The notes beneath the pieces are model-generated. The model did not search any database. It saw nothing but the letters and a program-made list of their open reading frames with translations, and had not been told where the DNA came from. From a virus (taxonomy: Duplodnaviria; Caudoviricetes), in IMG/VR virus record IMGVR_UViG_3300031999_000020, positions 1-60,654 of that record: a stretch of DNA of 60,654 nt. One strand, 5' to 3'. Below, piece after piece: positions 16,725-26,200 of this stretch. The first letter of the stretch is position 1, and each line of letters opens with the position of its first letter. A program made the translations under genes and the position numbers.

Positions 16725-18575
16725 ATGAGCCGAAAGTTTGACATAAAATTTGGTACTGAAACCTTCAAAGCCTGGTACGTGGATAAGACCGCAACTGCAA
16801 GACTTGCACTGCAGGCGCTGAAGCCGGACGTGCTGCTCGGTTTGGATTGCGAGACTATGGCGCTCCCGAAGTATCATCACGTATCACAGGCGGCGCTGTC
16901 TCCGCATCTGTCCAGCATACGACTAATTCAAATCTTTGATGGTGAACTATCTATCATCATTGATTTGTTGAAATGCAAAGGAGAACTGCTTGAATCAGAA
17001 ATCAAACATTTGCTCGAAACCAGACGATTCATCGCCCATAACGCGGTGTTTGATTTGGCCTTTCTTAAACGGCAATTTCAGCCAAGAAGCATTGATTGTG
17101 GATGTACCTTCATCGCTTTTAAACTCTTGGCGCATGCAGCCCGTCCCACCGATGACGGACTTCGAGCTGGGCTTGATGCAGTTACCAAAGGTCTTTGTGG
17201 GGTCGAAGTACTGAAATCGAACCAAGCGTCTGACTGGAGTGTGCCGAAACTCACGTTTGAGCAGATAGAATATTCAGCGTTAGACCCGGTATGTGTACTT
17301 AAAATCGCAGAGAAGATGGCACCGGCGCTGGAGAAGTATAAGTTATACGATTTCTATAACTTACTCAAAGCAGCGCAGCACCCGATTGTTGAGATGCATC
17401 TAAACGGAATTGGATTTAATTCAAAAGAACATATAGAACTTGTATCCGGCTGGAGGGAGAAACTGTATGCAGCAAAGAAAATCCTCTTGCAACAAACAGG
17501 ACTCGACGACATCACTGGCCCAAAAGTTGCCAAATGGCTGGAGACAAACCTTGAAAAACGAATCCTCGACGATTGGCCGCGCACCGATAACGGTGCCCTC
17601 AAGACAGACGCCATTACGTTCTCTGACTTCGGGGCTGTATCTCCAGCGGTTAAACCATTCGGCGCTTTCCAGAAGTACAAGGTTCTGACTTCAGACTTCG
17701 GAGGAAAATTGTTGCAACAACTGAACGAGGAAACCGGCCGGCTGCACCCGCAGTATCATATCTGCGGCACGCGTACCGGCCGGCTGTCTTGCAGCAAACC
17801 AAACCTGCAGCAGTCACCGAGAGACAAAGACTTTCGCTCCCAGTTCATTCCGTCTGAAGGCATGGTCTTTGTCGGCGCGGATTACTCTGCAATAGAGATG
17901 CGTGTAGCCGCTGAAGTATCTAGAGATCCGGCTATGTTGAAAGCCTTTAAAGATGGCCTTGATTTACATATGATGTTGGGTTCAGAAATAGCTGGCATAG
18001 ATATAGAAACACTACCTAAAGAAAAATGTGATCGCTACAGACAGATGGGTAAGGTGGGTAACTTTGCTTGTATTTATGGGGCTGGTGCTAAAACACTTGC
18101 TTCGCAAGCGCGAAAAGCAATGGACGACACTTCAATTACTGAAACCCAGACAGGAGAGATAAGAGATGCACACCGTAGACGTTGGGCCGGATATCGCGCC
18201 TGGCATGTTAAACTATATGAAAAGTGTATGGAAACACTTCGAGTGCGTACCGTCTGCGGGAAACTTCGGCGTCTTGCGCCTGAATACTGTTACGGTGCGG
18301 CGCCGAACACGATAGTGCAAGGATCGGCAGCCGGTTGTATGCTGGCGGCAATGGTCGATTTATATAATGAAATACAGAACCATCAATATCCGTACCGAAT
18401 TATCGCCACAATTCACGACGAATTAATAATCGAAGTGCCGGAATCAATGGCCGACGGCGCTAAACATTTGCTGACGCGTTGTATGGTACGCGGATTCAGG
18501 AAGGTATTTCCTGACGGTATTATTAAGAATATCGTCGAAGCTGAGATAGGCAGAAATTGGCAGGAGTTAAAATGA
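16725..18575 (+). CDS. polA: Family A DNA polymerase with 3'-5' exonuclease domain
   Basis: LDCET, HNAVFD, YSALD, TGRLSCSKPNLQQ, ADYSAIEMR, KVGNFACIYG and IHDE. Confidence 0.96.
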   Translation: MSRKFDIKFGTETFKAWYVDKTATARLALQALKPDVLLGLDCETMALPKYHHVSQAALSPHLSSIRLIQIFDGELSIIIDLLKCKGELLESEIKHLLETRRFIAHNAVFDLAFLKRQFQPRSIDCGCTFIAFKLLAHAARPTDDGLRAGLDAVTKGLCGVEVLKSNQASDWSVPKLTFEQIEYSALDPVCVLKIAEKMAPALEKYKLYDFYNLLKAAQHPIVEMHLNGIGFNSKEHIELVSGWREKLYAAKKILLQQTGLDDITGPKVAKWLETNLEKRILDDWPRTDNGALKTDAITFSDFGAVSPAVKPFGAFQKYKVLTSDFGGKLLQQLNEETGRLHPQYHICGTRTGRLSCSKPNLQQSPRDKDFRSQFIPSEGMVFVGADYSAIEMRVAAEVSRDPAMLKAFKDGLDLHMMLGSEIAGIDIETLPKEKCDRYRQMGKVGNFACIYGAGAKTLASQARKAMDDTSITETQTGEIRDAHRRRWAGYRAWHVKLYEKCMETLRVRTVCGKLRRLAPEYCYGAAPNTIVQGSAAGCMLAAMVDLYNEIQNHQYPYRIIATIHDELIIEVPESMADGAKHLLTRCMVRGFRKVFPDGIIKNIVEAEIGRNWQELK

Positions 18576-18853
18576 GCATAAGTCAGATATCAACAGCCCG
18601 CGCGAAGCGCCAAGCCCGCGCCATGCGTTCAGCGCGCAAAGAAATTCAATCACGAAAGATTCCGGCCGTGAATGCCATGCGCGCCGTAGGCATCAAGCAA
18701 GAGCCCGGCAGCGTACTCCTTCAGCTATTCAGTGACATTGAACAGAAAAATTTGCTGGCCATTGTTAAACTCAATACCACTGGTATTAAGGACCTAAACG
18801 ATAATCTCTGTGCGGCCGCCGGACTGGAAAAGGGGCTTATTTGGGCACCATAG
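18572..18853 (+). CDS. Hypothetical protein
   Basis: SD aggag; ATGA overlap. Confidence 0.65.
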   Translation: MSISQISTARAKRQARAMRSARKEIQSRKIPAVNAMRAVGIKQEPGSVLLQLFSDIEQKNLLAIVKLNTTGIKDLNDNLCAAAGLEKGLIWAP

Positions 18854-18854
18854 T

Positions 18855-19607
18855 ATGAAATATTTCTCAATCTGCACAATATTCAAACATGAGGAACCGT
18901 ACATCGCGGATTGGGTCAAGTACCATCTTGGCATCGGCGCCGAACATATCTGGATGTACAATAACGATTCTCCAGATAAGTCGGCAGATATCGCGCGCGA
19001 TGTCGGTAAACATCAAGTCACAGTGCATCGCTGTCCTGGGCACCCGGTACAGCACATCGCGTATCAGCTTTGTTTACAGACATACCGGTTGAATACACGA
19101 TGGTTACTCTTCCTTGATATCGATGAGTATCTTATATCTTTTACTCCAATTCATGAGGTTTTAAAAGCCTATGAACAACATCCTGCTCTATGTCCTCATT
19201 GGATATTGTTTGGTAGCAACGGTCATCTTAACTATTGTCCTGATCCTGTTCCTTTGCGGTTCACACGTTCTCAATCTGATGTAAATCCTCATGTAAAGAG
19301 CATAGTAAATACTACACGAACATTTAACTGGATAACTGCGCACCGGTTCGTACATGATGCGCGTCCAGTAGACGAGAATCATAACCCTATCGAGATGCTG
19401 GACTCTACACCGGCCGGCGGCACCGCAGATGTGCTCTACGTTGCGCATTACTTTACTAAGTCGAAAGAAGAGTTCACTGAGCGGCGTTCGAGGCCACGTC
19501 CGGATACTGGGGATTACAGGTATAATCTAGAAGAAGCATTCGCAACACATGACAGAAATGATCGGGATAATTTTGATGTCCGAAATATTTGGAAGGAGCT
19601 AAAATGA
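18855..19607 (+). CDS. Glycosyltransferase (GT92 / GT2-like)
   Basis: ICTIFKHEEPYIADWVKYH, YNNDSPD, FLDIDEY, KSIV and HYFTKS. Confidence 0.85.
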   Translation: MKYFSICTIFKHEEPYIADWVKYHLGIGAEHIWMYNNDSPDKSADIARDVGKHQVTVHRCPGHPVQHIAYQLCLQTYRLNTRWLLFLDIDEYLISFTPIHEVLKAYEQHPALCPHWILFGSNGHLNYCPDPVPLRFTRSQSDVNPHVKSIVNTTRTFNWITAHRFVHDARPVDENHNPIEMLDSTPAGGTADVLYVAHYFTKSKEEFTERRSRPRPDTGDYRYNLEEAFATHDRNDRDNFDVRNIWKELK

Positions 19608-19972
19608 GTTGGTTTTTCACAACAGTAGGCAATGACGCTGACGACCCCGCGACTGCGCATGATACATATATTCCTGAAGTTAATTACTGCGGTGTGGTGT
19701 TGTTGTTTATGGGAGGCCGTGTGCGCGCGCCATTAGTGATTAAGGACTGTCCGTTCAACTACTGCGGCTTTAAGCATGATATCTGCTGGGACTTAGTTAC
19801 TGATAACGATTATGAGGACTGCAATCAACAGTTCAAATCAGACTGTGACAAGGTATCGTCCGACATGGGCAGCATTGGACTTCATCGTTACGGTGATGCT
19901 CTGTACCAGATTGTCTGTGCTTGGACAGCTATGCGGATTAACCTCGCTCGGTTCTATCTGAATTGGAAGTAA
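19604..19972 (+). CDS. Phospholipase A2-like protein
   Basis: NYCG...CGFKHDICW...DCNQQFKSDC resembles the PLA2 CxxHDxCY...D pattern. Confidence 0.5.
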   Translation: MSWFFTTVGNDADDPATAHDTYIPEVNYCGVVLLFMGGRVRAPLVIKDCPFNYCGFKHDICWDLVTDNDYEDCNQQFKSDCDKVSSDMGSIGLHRYGDALYQIVCAWTAMRINLARFYLNWK

Positions 19973-19973
19973 C

Positions 19974-20693
19974 ATGAGTGATCTCGTAACCCTGCTTACA
20001 CCTACTGGTGGCAGACCTGACGCTTGGAAGCTCTGCGAGCGCTATATGCATCGCCAGACTTACAAAGGCCCGCTGGAGTGGATTGTTGTAGATGATATGC
20101 TGCCAATGCAGACGTGTACGCTTGGACAACAACAAGTATGTGGACCTAAACCCTGGCGTGCAGGGATTAATACACAGCGTCCTAACTGCGATTTACTGAT
20201 ACAACTGGCTAAAGGCGAATATATCTTCTGGATCGAAGACGATGATTGGTACACACCAAACTATATTGAGACAATGCTTTATCTATTACAGCGTTACGAC
20301 GCTGTGGGCGAAGCGAACAACCGATATTTCGCGCTGACGGACAGGAGTTATATTGAGTTCAACAACACGCGCCATGCATCACTTTGCTCTACCGCGTTTA
20401 GACGGAAGTTTATCCCTGTTATGGAAGAAGTAATCAACTCAGGCGCCAACCCATTCTTTGATACAGGTTTCTGGTCAAGACTTGTGACTGGGCATGAGAA
20501 CGCTATGATGATTCTGAATACCCGACTAAACATCGGTATGAAACAGCTTCCCGGCCGTACTGGCATCGGAGCTGGGCATCATAACACTAAAGCTCAGGGT
20601 TTCACACGCGACCCTATGTTTGAAATGCTTCGTAACTGGGTCGGCGCTGACGCTGATGACTATATTAAAATTGCCACAGGACAACATATATGA
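19974..20693 (+). CDS. Glycosyltransferase family 2 (GT-A fold)
   Basis: VTLLTPTGGR, EWIVVDD and FWIEDDDWY. Confidence 0.85.
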   Translation: MSDLVTLLTPTGGRPDAWKLCERYMHRQTYKGPLEWIVVDDMLPMQTCTLGQQQVCGPKPWRAGINTQRPNCDLLIQLAKGEYIFWIEDDDWYTPNYIETMLYLLQRYDAVGEANNRYFALTDRSYIEFNNTRHASLCSTAFRRKFIPVMEEVINSGANPFFDTGFWSRLVTGHENAMMILNTRLNIGMKQLPGRTGIGAGHHNTKAQGFTRDPMFEMLRNWVGADADDYIKIATGQHI

Positions 20694-21043
20694 GTTCATT
20701 TATACGCCTGTATGAAGAGGCCGTTAAACATGATTCTAGCAAGTTGCCCTGGGATCTGCTGCCGTACGACGCTATTGAAGACATCGTTAAAGTATTGCAG
20801 TACGGCGCTAAAAAGTATTCAGCGCATAACTGGTCCGCGGGTTTCGTTTGGAGCCGTTTATTTTCGGCATTAATTAGGCACGCTGTTGCTTTCTGGCGCG
20901 GAGAAGACATAGACCCCGAATCAGGATTGCCGCATCTTGCGCATCTTGGTTGCTGCGTGTTGTTCTTGATTGCGCATCAGAAGCGCGGACTAGGCACAGA
21001 TGACCGTGTTAGTTATGTAAAGGAGCATACAAGTGGGACGTAG
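20690..21043 (+). CDS. DUF5664 / dATP-dGTP diphosphohydrolase-domain protein
   Basis: KHDSSKLPWDLLP..VLQYGAKKYSAHNW..GEDIDPESGLPHLAH. Confidence 0.88.
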   Translation: MSSFIRLYEEAVKHDSSKLPWDLLPYDAIEDIVKVLQYGAKKYSAHNWSAGFVWSRLFSALIRHAVAFWRGEDIDPESGLPHLAHLGCCVLFLIAHQKRGLGTDDRVSYVKEHTSGT

Positions 21044-21374
21044 ACTAGTAAAACCAATTCTTCGCGCGCAGGCGATGGTACTTAGAAAGTTGTGGATTAA
21101 GCACGGCGGCCCCTGTATGGTTTCGCGTATGTGCGGTGTCGGAATTCAGGAGCCGAGCAACTGGCGCACACGCGGCCGGGTGCCGCTCAAACTTTGCAGA
21201 CGTGTGGCCGAAGCTCTTGGAGAGTCCATCTGGGCATTAAACTACGCAGATATGGCGCTTCTGGTCCCGAAGGAGAAGCGTCCTTCGTGGATTTCTGTAG
21301 TCGATGCTTGCGGATTTGATAAACAAACTCGCAATGAGATTATTTTTTTAGAGGCACCCTATGAGCGTGACTAA
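21033..21374 (+). CDS. Cro-like HTH protein
   Basis: HGGPCMVSRMCGVGIQEPSNWRTRGRVP resembles the Cro/YdaS pattern. Confidence 0.55.
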   Translation: MGRRLVKPILRAQAMVLRKLWIKHGGPCMVSRMCGVGIQEPSNWRTRGRVPLKLCRRVAEALGESIWALNYADMALLVPKEKRPSWISVVDACGFDKQTRNEIIFLEAPYERD

Positions 21375-21443
21375 AAATAGTTCTAGATAAATTGTTGTTT
21401 TAGGTGTATACTATAAAATGTCATTTGCAACTGCGGAGTGTTT

Positions 21444-21650
21444 ATGAAGATTGAAAATACTGATAAAGAGGTTAGTTCGATTACGATTCCGACGTGTAAA
21501 TCGGAGAATCCGAACATGATTGAAACCGTAGGCATGCCGGTAAATGCGCCTGCCACGGCTATACAGCCGCAAGGTGTTCCGGCGCCGAAGGCTGGTCCGG
21601 CCGTTACTGACATCAAGGAGACTAAGCCGCCAGTCGCCTTACCCGCCTAA
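21444..21650 (+). CDS. Hypothetical Pro-rich protein
   Basis: SD ggag; 68 aa. Confidence 0.55.
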   Translation: MKIENTDKEVSSITIPTCKSENPNMIETVGMPVNAPATAIQPQGVPAPKAGPAVTDIKETKPPVALPA

Positions 21651-21667
21651 TTACATACGGAGTATCT

Positions 21668-22030
21668 ATGACAGTTGTACAAGTTGCTACTTCATCGTTT
21701 GGACTTAAACGTCAATTAGCTGCAGCGTTGTTGGTTATAATTGTGTTGCTTGGCACTGTGCCTGGAATGCAGGACTGGTCGCAGGCATTGATTCCGCTAG
21801 CGGCGCTGCTGGGCGCTGCCGGGATTACACACGCAAGTCTAGCGGGCACCGTAGCTGGTACGCCGCTTGCGGGACTCGCGGCACTGCTTGCGGTACTGTT
21901 ATTCGCCGCTAAGTGGTATCCACCGATGCAGCCCTATGTGCCGCTGTTAGAGGCACTGGCGGCGTTGTTTGGTTCAGCTGGACTTTCGCTTGCATTACCG
22001 ACCGTTATTAAAGCACGTTTGGGGGAATGA
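21668..22030 (+). CDS. Multi-TM membrane protein with internal duplication (holin candidate)
   Basis: About 4 hydrophobic segments; repeated LAALLGAAG / LAALFGSAG halves. Confidence 0.6.
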   Translation: MTVVQVATSSFGLKRQLAAALLVIIVLLGTVPGMQDWSQALIPLAALLGAAGITHASLAGTVAGTPLAGLAALLAVLLFAAKWYPPMQPYVPLLEALAALFGSAGLSLALPTVIKARLGE

Positions 22031-22033
22031 TAT

Positions 22034-22342
22034 ATGACACTCGCATTGGACCTTACGCAGCTAGTTCTGCGTGATGAAGCGGAGCAGTATGTAAGCCCTG
22101 AGACAACTCTGCTTTGGGCTATGTTCGACCGCGCATTACGGGATTTAGACCTAACGATGCCGGGTAGTGCGCCTAACGCTCGTGGCGCATTAACTTGGCT
22201 CCGTGATACAAACAATGACGACTTCAACCGATTGTCATTTGGTTGTGTTATTGAACACTGCCATCCAAGTGCGCGGTTACTCAAACTGACTGCCGAGAAA
22301 ATTCGCGAAATTGAACAAGCTGTAAAACAATTAGATGACTGA
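22034..22342 (+). CDS. Hypothetical protein
   Basis: LLWAMFDRALRDL..ALTWL..SF..V pattern seen in small phage proteins. Confidence 0.65.
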   Translation: MTLALDLTQLVLRDEAEQYVSPETTLLWAMFDRALRDLDLTMPGSAPNARGALTWLRDTNNDDFNRLSFGCVIEHCHPSARLLKLTAEKIREIEQAVKQLDD

Positions 22343-22868
22343 AAGCACATACTATATCGGTATCGATCCCGGAAAGACCGGCGCCTGGGCGGTGCTGGAT
22401 GATGCAAGCGAGCTGTGCTCTTGGGGTATGCTGGTTGATAAAATTAAGTTCTTTGATGCGCTGCGTGACCTGCGGCATATGTCAGTGCCAATGCTTGCTT
22501 GCATTGAATGCTCCAATGCGCGCCCTGGACAAGCTACAAAAGCCACCAAAGCACAAGGCTTTAATGAAGGCCGCGTACAGGGCTGGATCGAGGCGGCCAA
22601 CATTCCGTTTGAGTCGGTGTCCAGTAATCGATGGCAGAAGGTGGCGCTAGATAAAGCACCGCCGCATAAGTTAAAATCAGCAGATGAATCGCCTAAAGAA
22701 ACCAGTAAGCGTACAGCGGCTAATCGAGCGGCGCTAAAACTTGCAACCGTTGAGTTTGTAAGCCGCCGATGGCCTGTAACCGCGAAAGACCTGGCGCTAG
22801 TAAAGAATCAAGGCATAGCTGATGCCGTGTGTATTGCTCTCTATTGTCTACAGCGGAACAAAAATTAA
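22335..22868 (+). CDS. RuvC-like Holliday junction resolvase
   Basis: IGIDPGKTGAWA, CIE, WQK and ADAVCIA. Confidence 0.85.
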   Translation: MTESTYYIGIDPGKTGAWAVLDDASELCSWGMLVDKIKFFDALRDLRHMSVPMLACIECSNARPGQATKATKAQGFNEGRVQGWIEAANIPFESVSSNRWQKVALDKAPPHKLKSADESPKETSKRTAANRAALKLATVEFVSRRWPVTAKDLALVKNQGIADAVCIALYCLQRNKN

Positions 22869-22899
22869 TCCCAAACTGGTGTTGCTACCCACTCTACCG

Positions 22900-23289
22900 C
22901 TACGCTGCCCAGTCCTGAAACACCGGATCTGTTTCTGGTCCAGGTGGAACATATGTCGCCAGCCACGCAGTGAATATTGGATCAGTTTCGATATGTATGG
23001 GTGGAGGCTGACAAGATGTCTCTAACCAGGATGTGAACCGCGGTTCGCCAAACATGCTTTTGTTGGATATCAATGCATTTGTAGCACGACATGACAGTTT
23101 AAGCAGTGTCTTTCGAAACAGCTGCTCACTGTTGCAAATCTTATCCAATTCTTCTTTGCTTGGAACAGCATCAGTGCTGCGCAGAAAATCAGCCAGTTGA
23201 TAATACAGCGTCAGCATTGACCGGCGGAACTCATGCGGGTCTTGGTACAGTGTTGGGTCCGTGCTGCATGGTTCCGGCGCCTTGGTCAC
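22900..23289 (-). CDS. Hypothetical late protein with two FRxxxLxL motifs
   Basis: Last gene of the virion operon; ATGA overlap. Confidence 0.65.
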   Translation of the reverse strand: MTKAPEPCSTDPTLYQDPHEFRRSMLTLYYQLADFLRSTDAVPSKEELDKICNSEQLFRKTLLKLSCRATNALISNKSMFGEPRFTSWLETSCQPPPIHIETDPIFTAWLATYVPPGPETDPVFQDWAA

Positions 23290-26200
23290 TCAGTAGCCCC
23301 CCGAAGAGACAGCTCACGTGCGGCCTGTGCTTCAGACTTGGCTTTGGCTGTCTGTTGTTTACGCAGTGCTTGCGCAGCGGCTTTCCACCCGGACGAGGGC
23401 ACATTGACAGGTTCACCGCGCAGAATATCGAGTCCGAGCGTTAACAGCCCGTTTTTTTCTTGCTTCATTTCTTCGCGCGTAGTCTGGTCTACTTCAAAGT
23501 GCAGCATCTGATTTAAGTAGGAAAGATTCGTATTTATTTTTTCAAGCTTCTTCCGGGTTTGCGCTTCTTCTGCCGTCTCGCCTGCGCTGTTCTCGCGGGC
23601 GTCAAACAGGCCATTAAAGAATAATCTAGAGCTGTTGTCCATAACATTATTTTTAGTTCCCGTGCGCGCCGAGAGCAGAAACCCCCAAATACTCCTGTTC
23701 TGGTCTATGTTTTCAGATGCCAGCAACTTATCACCCAGCTGCCAGTACCGCTGCGCTGCGGGGAGCATAGCGCGGAAAACATGATCCCAGCGTATCGGAG
23801 ATCCGCCAAACATATGGGCCGCTTTCTTAGCAAACGATGTTGTGTACTCAGTTGCCTGTTCTTCCAGTTTCCTATAATTGATGTTCGGAGGTACGATATA
23901 TCTATCAAATGTACGATCCCAGTTCTCAAGTTGCGCAGCCGTCTCTTTTAGTACTGGACCAGCCAAATCAAGGACAGACCTCACAGGAGATAGTTGTTGG
24001 CCGAAATATGCCGCGGCTGTGTCTTTTATCTCAGGGCGAAGATTCGGATCTTTCGACATCCCGTTTCCAATAGCCTGTCCTAGCCCCCAGCCGAAACCAG
24101 TCCATTCATCAAGCGCTATAGCAAAAGGTTTAATCGTATTTCCAAACTTACCCGCAAACCAGGCTTGCTTGACCTTAGCATCAATCGGGGTTTCTTTGTA
24201 CCACTGCTCCTCACTGTGTGCGATTGCGTGATAAATACCCAGCGCGAGCCCGCTGGCGACCAAAGTCGCCATCTTCTTTGGATTGCGTTTAATATCTGAC
24301 GGTATACGCTCAAGGCCCGCGATACCAGCAGTAAAGAACGGAACTCCCATATTAACTACGCGCGTCCAGGAACCTTGCCGGCCGAAGTTTGTAGTACCGC
24401 GCTGAAACGCCGCAGCTACTTCCACCGCTTCCAGGGGACTAAGCGGGTCGTTTGGGCCTTTCTTCATGTCTTCCATTACCATGCGCGCAACCGCCGTGCG
24501 TGTAGAGAGTTCTGAAGCCGACCCCAAAGCTTCAATCGCGTTTAATGTGTGTTCCCAGGTTCGAAGTACGGTTCCGGTATATTTGCCTTCAGCTTCGACG
24601 CCGAGATGACGCTGAGTGCCTAAGTTAGTGGCATGTTCAAGACCCATGCCAACAAAACGCGCAAAGTAACTATCATCCTTAGTGCGCCCTGCGTAGAACT
24701 GCGCTTGATCTATCAGACCGGCGCCCATGTGATGTCCGAGTCGCAGTAAATCTTCAGCGCCGATTCCTTGCGTATCCAGCCAACGGTACGCTGTCGGCCC
24801 GTCACGCATAAGATTCTTCATCTGAAATGGAAGAGAAAGAGACGTGGCAAACGTGCGTACCGCCGCAGCCGGCGTCTTAACAAAGATTTTAAATAGTGGA
24901 TGATAAGTAAACGCTGGAAGCTCGTCCTTAACGGCCTTCTGAAACGCCCGGCTGGTTTCAAAAAACCTTAGCTTTCCATCTTTATCCATGACCGAGAAAT
25001 ACGAAAATCCTTGCTTTCCTTCTTTTGCTGCGATCCAGGGATCAAGGAAGTTTACCATCGCCTCCGAAATGCGCCCGCGATGTTCCGTGTATTCGGCGCC
25101 GAGGTCGGCTTTTATCTTCGCCTGCAGCAACTTACCTGCCTCTACTGCGCGCGTACCTGTAAGCTCATGCACTATATGCCCAACTGCAGCAAGCGGTGCC
25201 ATATCCATGCGAGCCACAGTATTAGAGAGCACGGCGCGCTGGCCTGCGTGTTTGTACATGCCGATAATCGAGGGACCCCAGGTAAGTCTAGGGTCAATTG
25301 CCGGCATGGAACTACCCTGTAGCGCTCTGTATGATTTGATTTTAGAATATTCCTCGCCCATCATCGGAACCCACATACCGTCTTCCGGTCGAGCGGAGAA
25401 CTGTATTACTTCAGATAGTCTTGGATCTATTTTATGCGCATTTTCTAACGCCTCTAAGTTCCCTGCGCGCTGGTGAGCAACAGCCGCGCGGCTATCTGGA
25501 CTCATGCTTGCGATATTATTATTCTGGTGCGCCACCCAGGTATCGTAGTTATGTACCGCTTGTCTAATATTGTTATCGGACATCCCCTCACGTACAATTG
25601 ACAGCGCGTCCTCAATGTTCCAGCCGCGCATCGCAAGTCCTTTAGCCGCATAACCGGCTAACGCGCGCCTGGCCATAAGCACGCCGATAAGCGGAGTTTC
25701 CTTCTTTTTACCCACGCTCTTTATGACCTGATGCAGATTGAGCATTCCGCGAAGCGATTCGTCGTAATGCCCATCTGCGTAAACGGGCCGCCCTGTGACT
25801 TCATTTAATCCAAACGCGGCCCATCGCTGATTCGTTTCCATCTGATCCAAGAGCTTAGGGGGGATGTCTTTTGGTTCAAGAAGCCCATACGCAACTGCAG
25901 CGTCGATGTATTCCTGCGTACCTTTATCGTGGCGCCCAAGTTCTTGATATCGCTGCCAGAACCGCTCTGCAACCCAGGGAAGATTAGCCTTTTCGGCAGC
26001 TTTACTAAGCTTTGACTGGGGCTTTCGCGCAGCTTGCATATCACGGAAGTTACTTGAACTTTGGTCATAGTACTTGAACATTTCTTTATGCAAAGCTTCA
26101 AGTCTGGTCCACGCTTCAGGGCGCTCCTGTCTAAACTTACCATCAAACCAGTTGTCCACCTCTTTCCTGGTAGGCTGCTCGGTAAGCCTATGCTCCATCC

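Noticed and set aside
20690-21043. 2-aminoadenine (Z) genome pathway
   Set aside because: A DUF5664-type gene is present, but no PurZ-like synthetase or HD-domain dATPase is visible, and this domain also occurs without that pathway.
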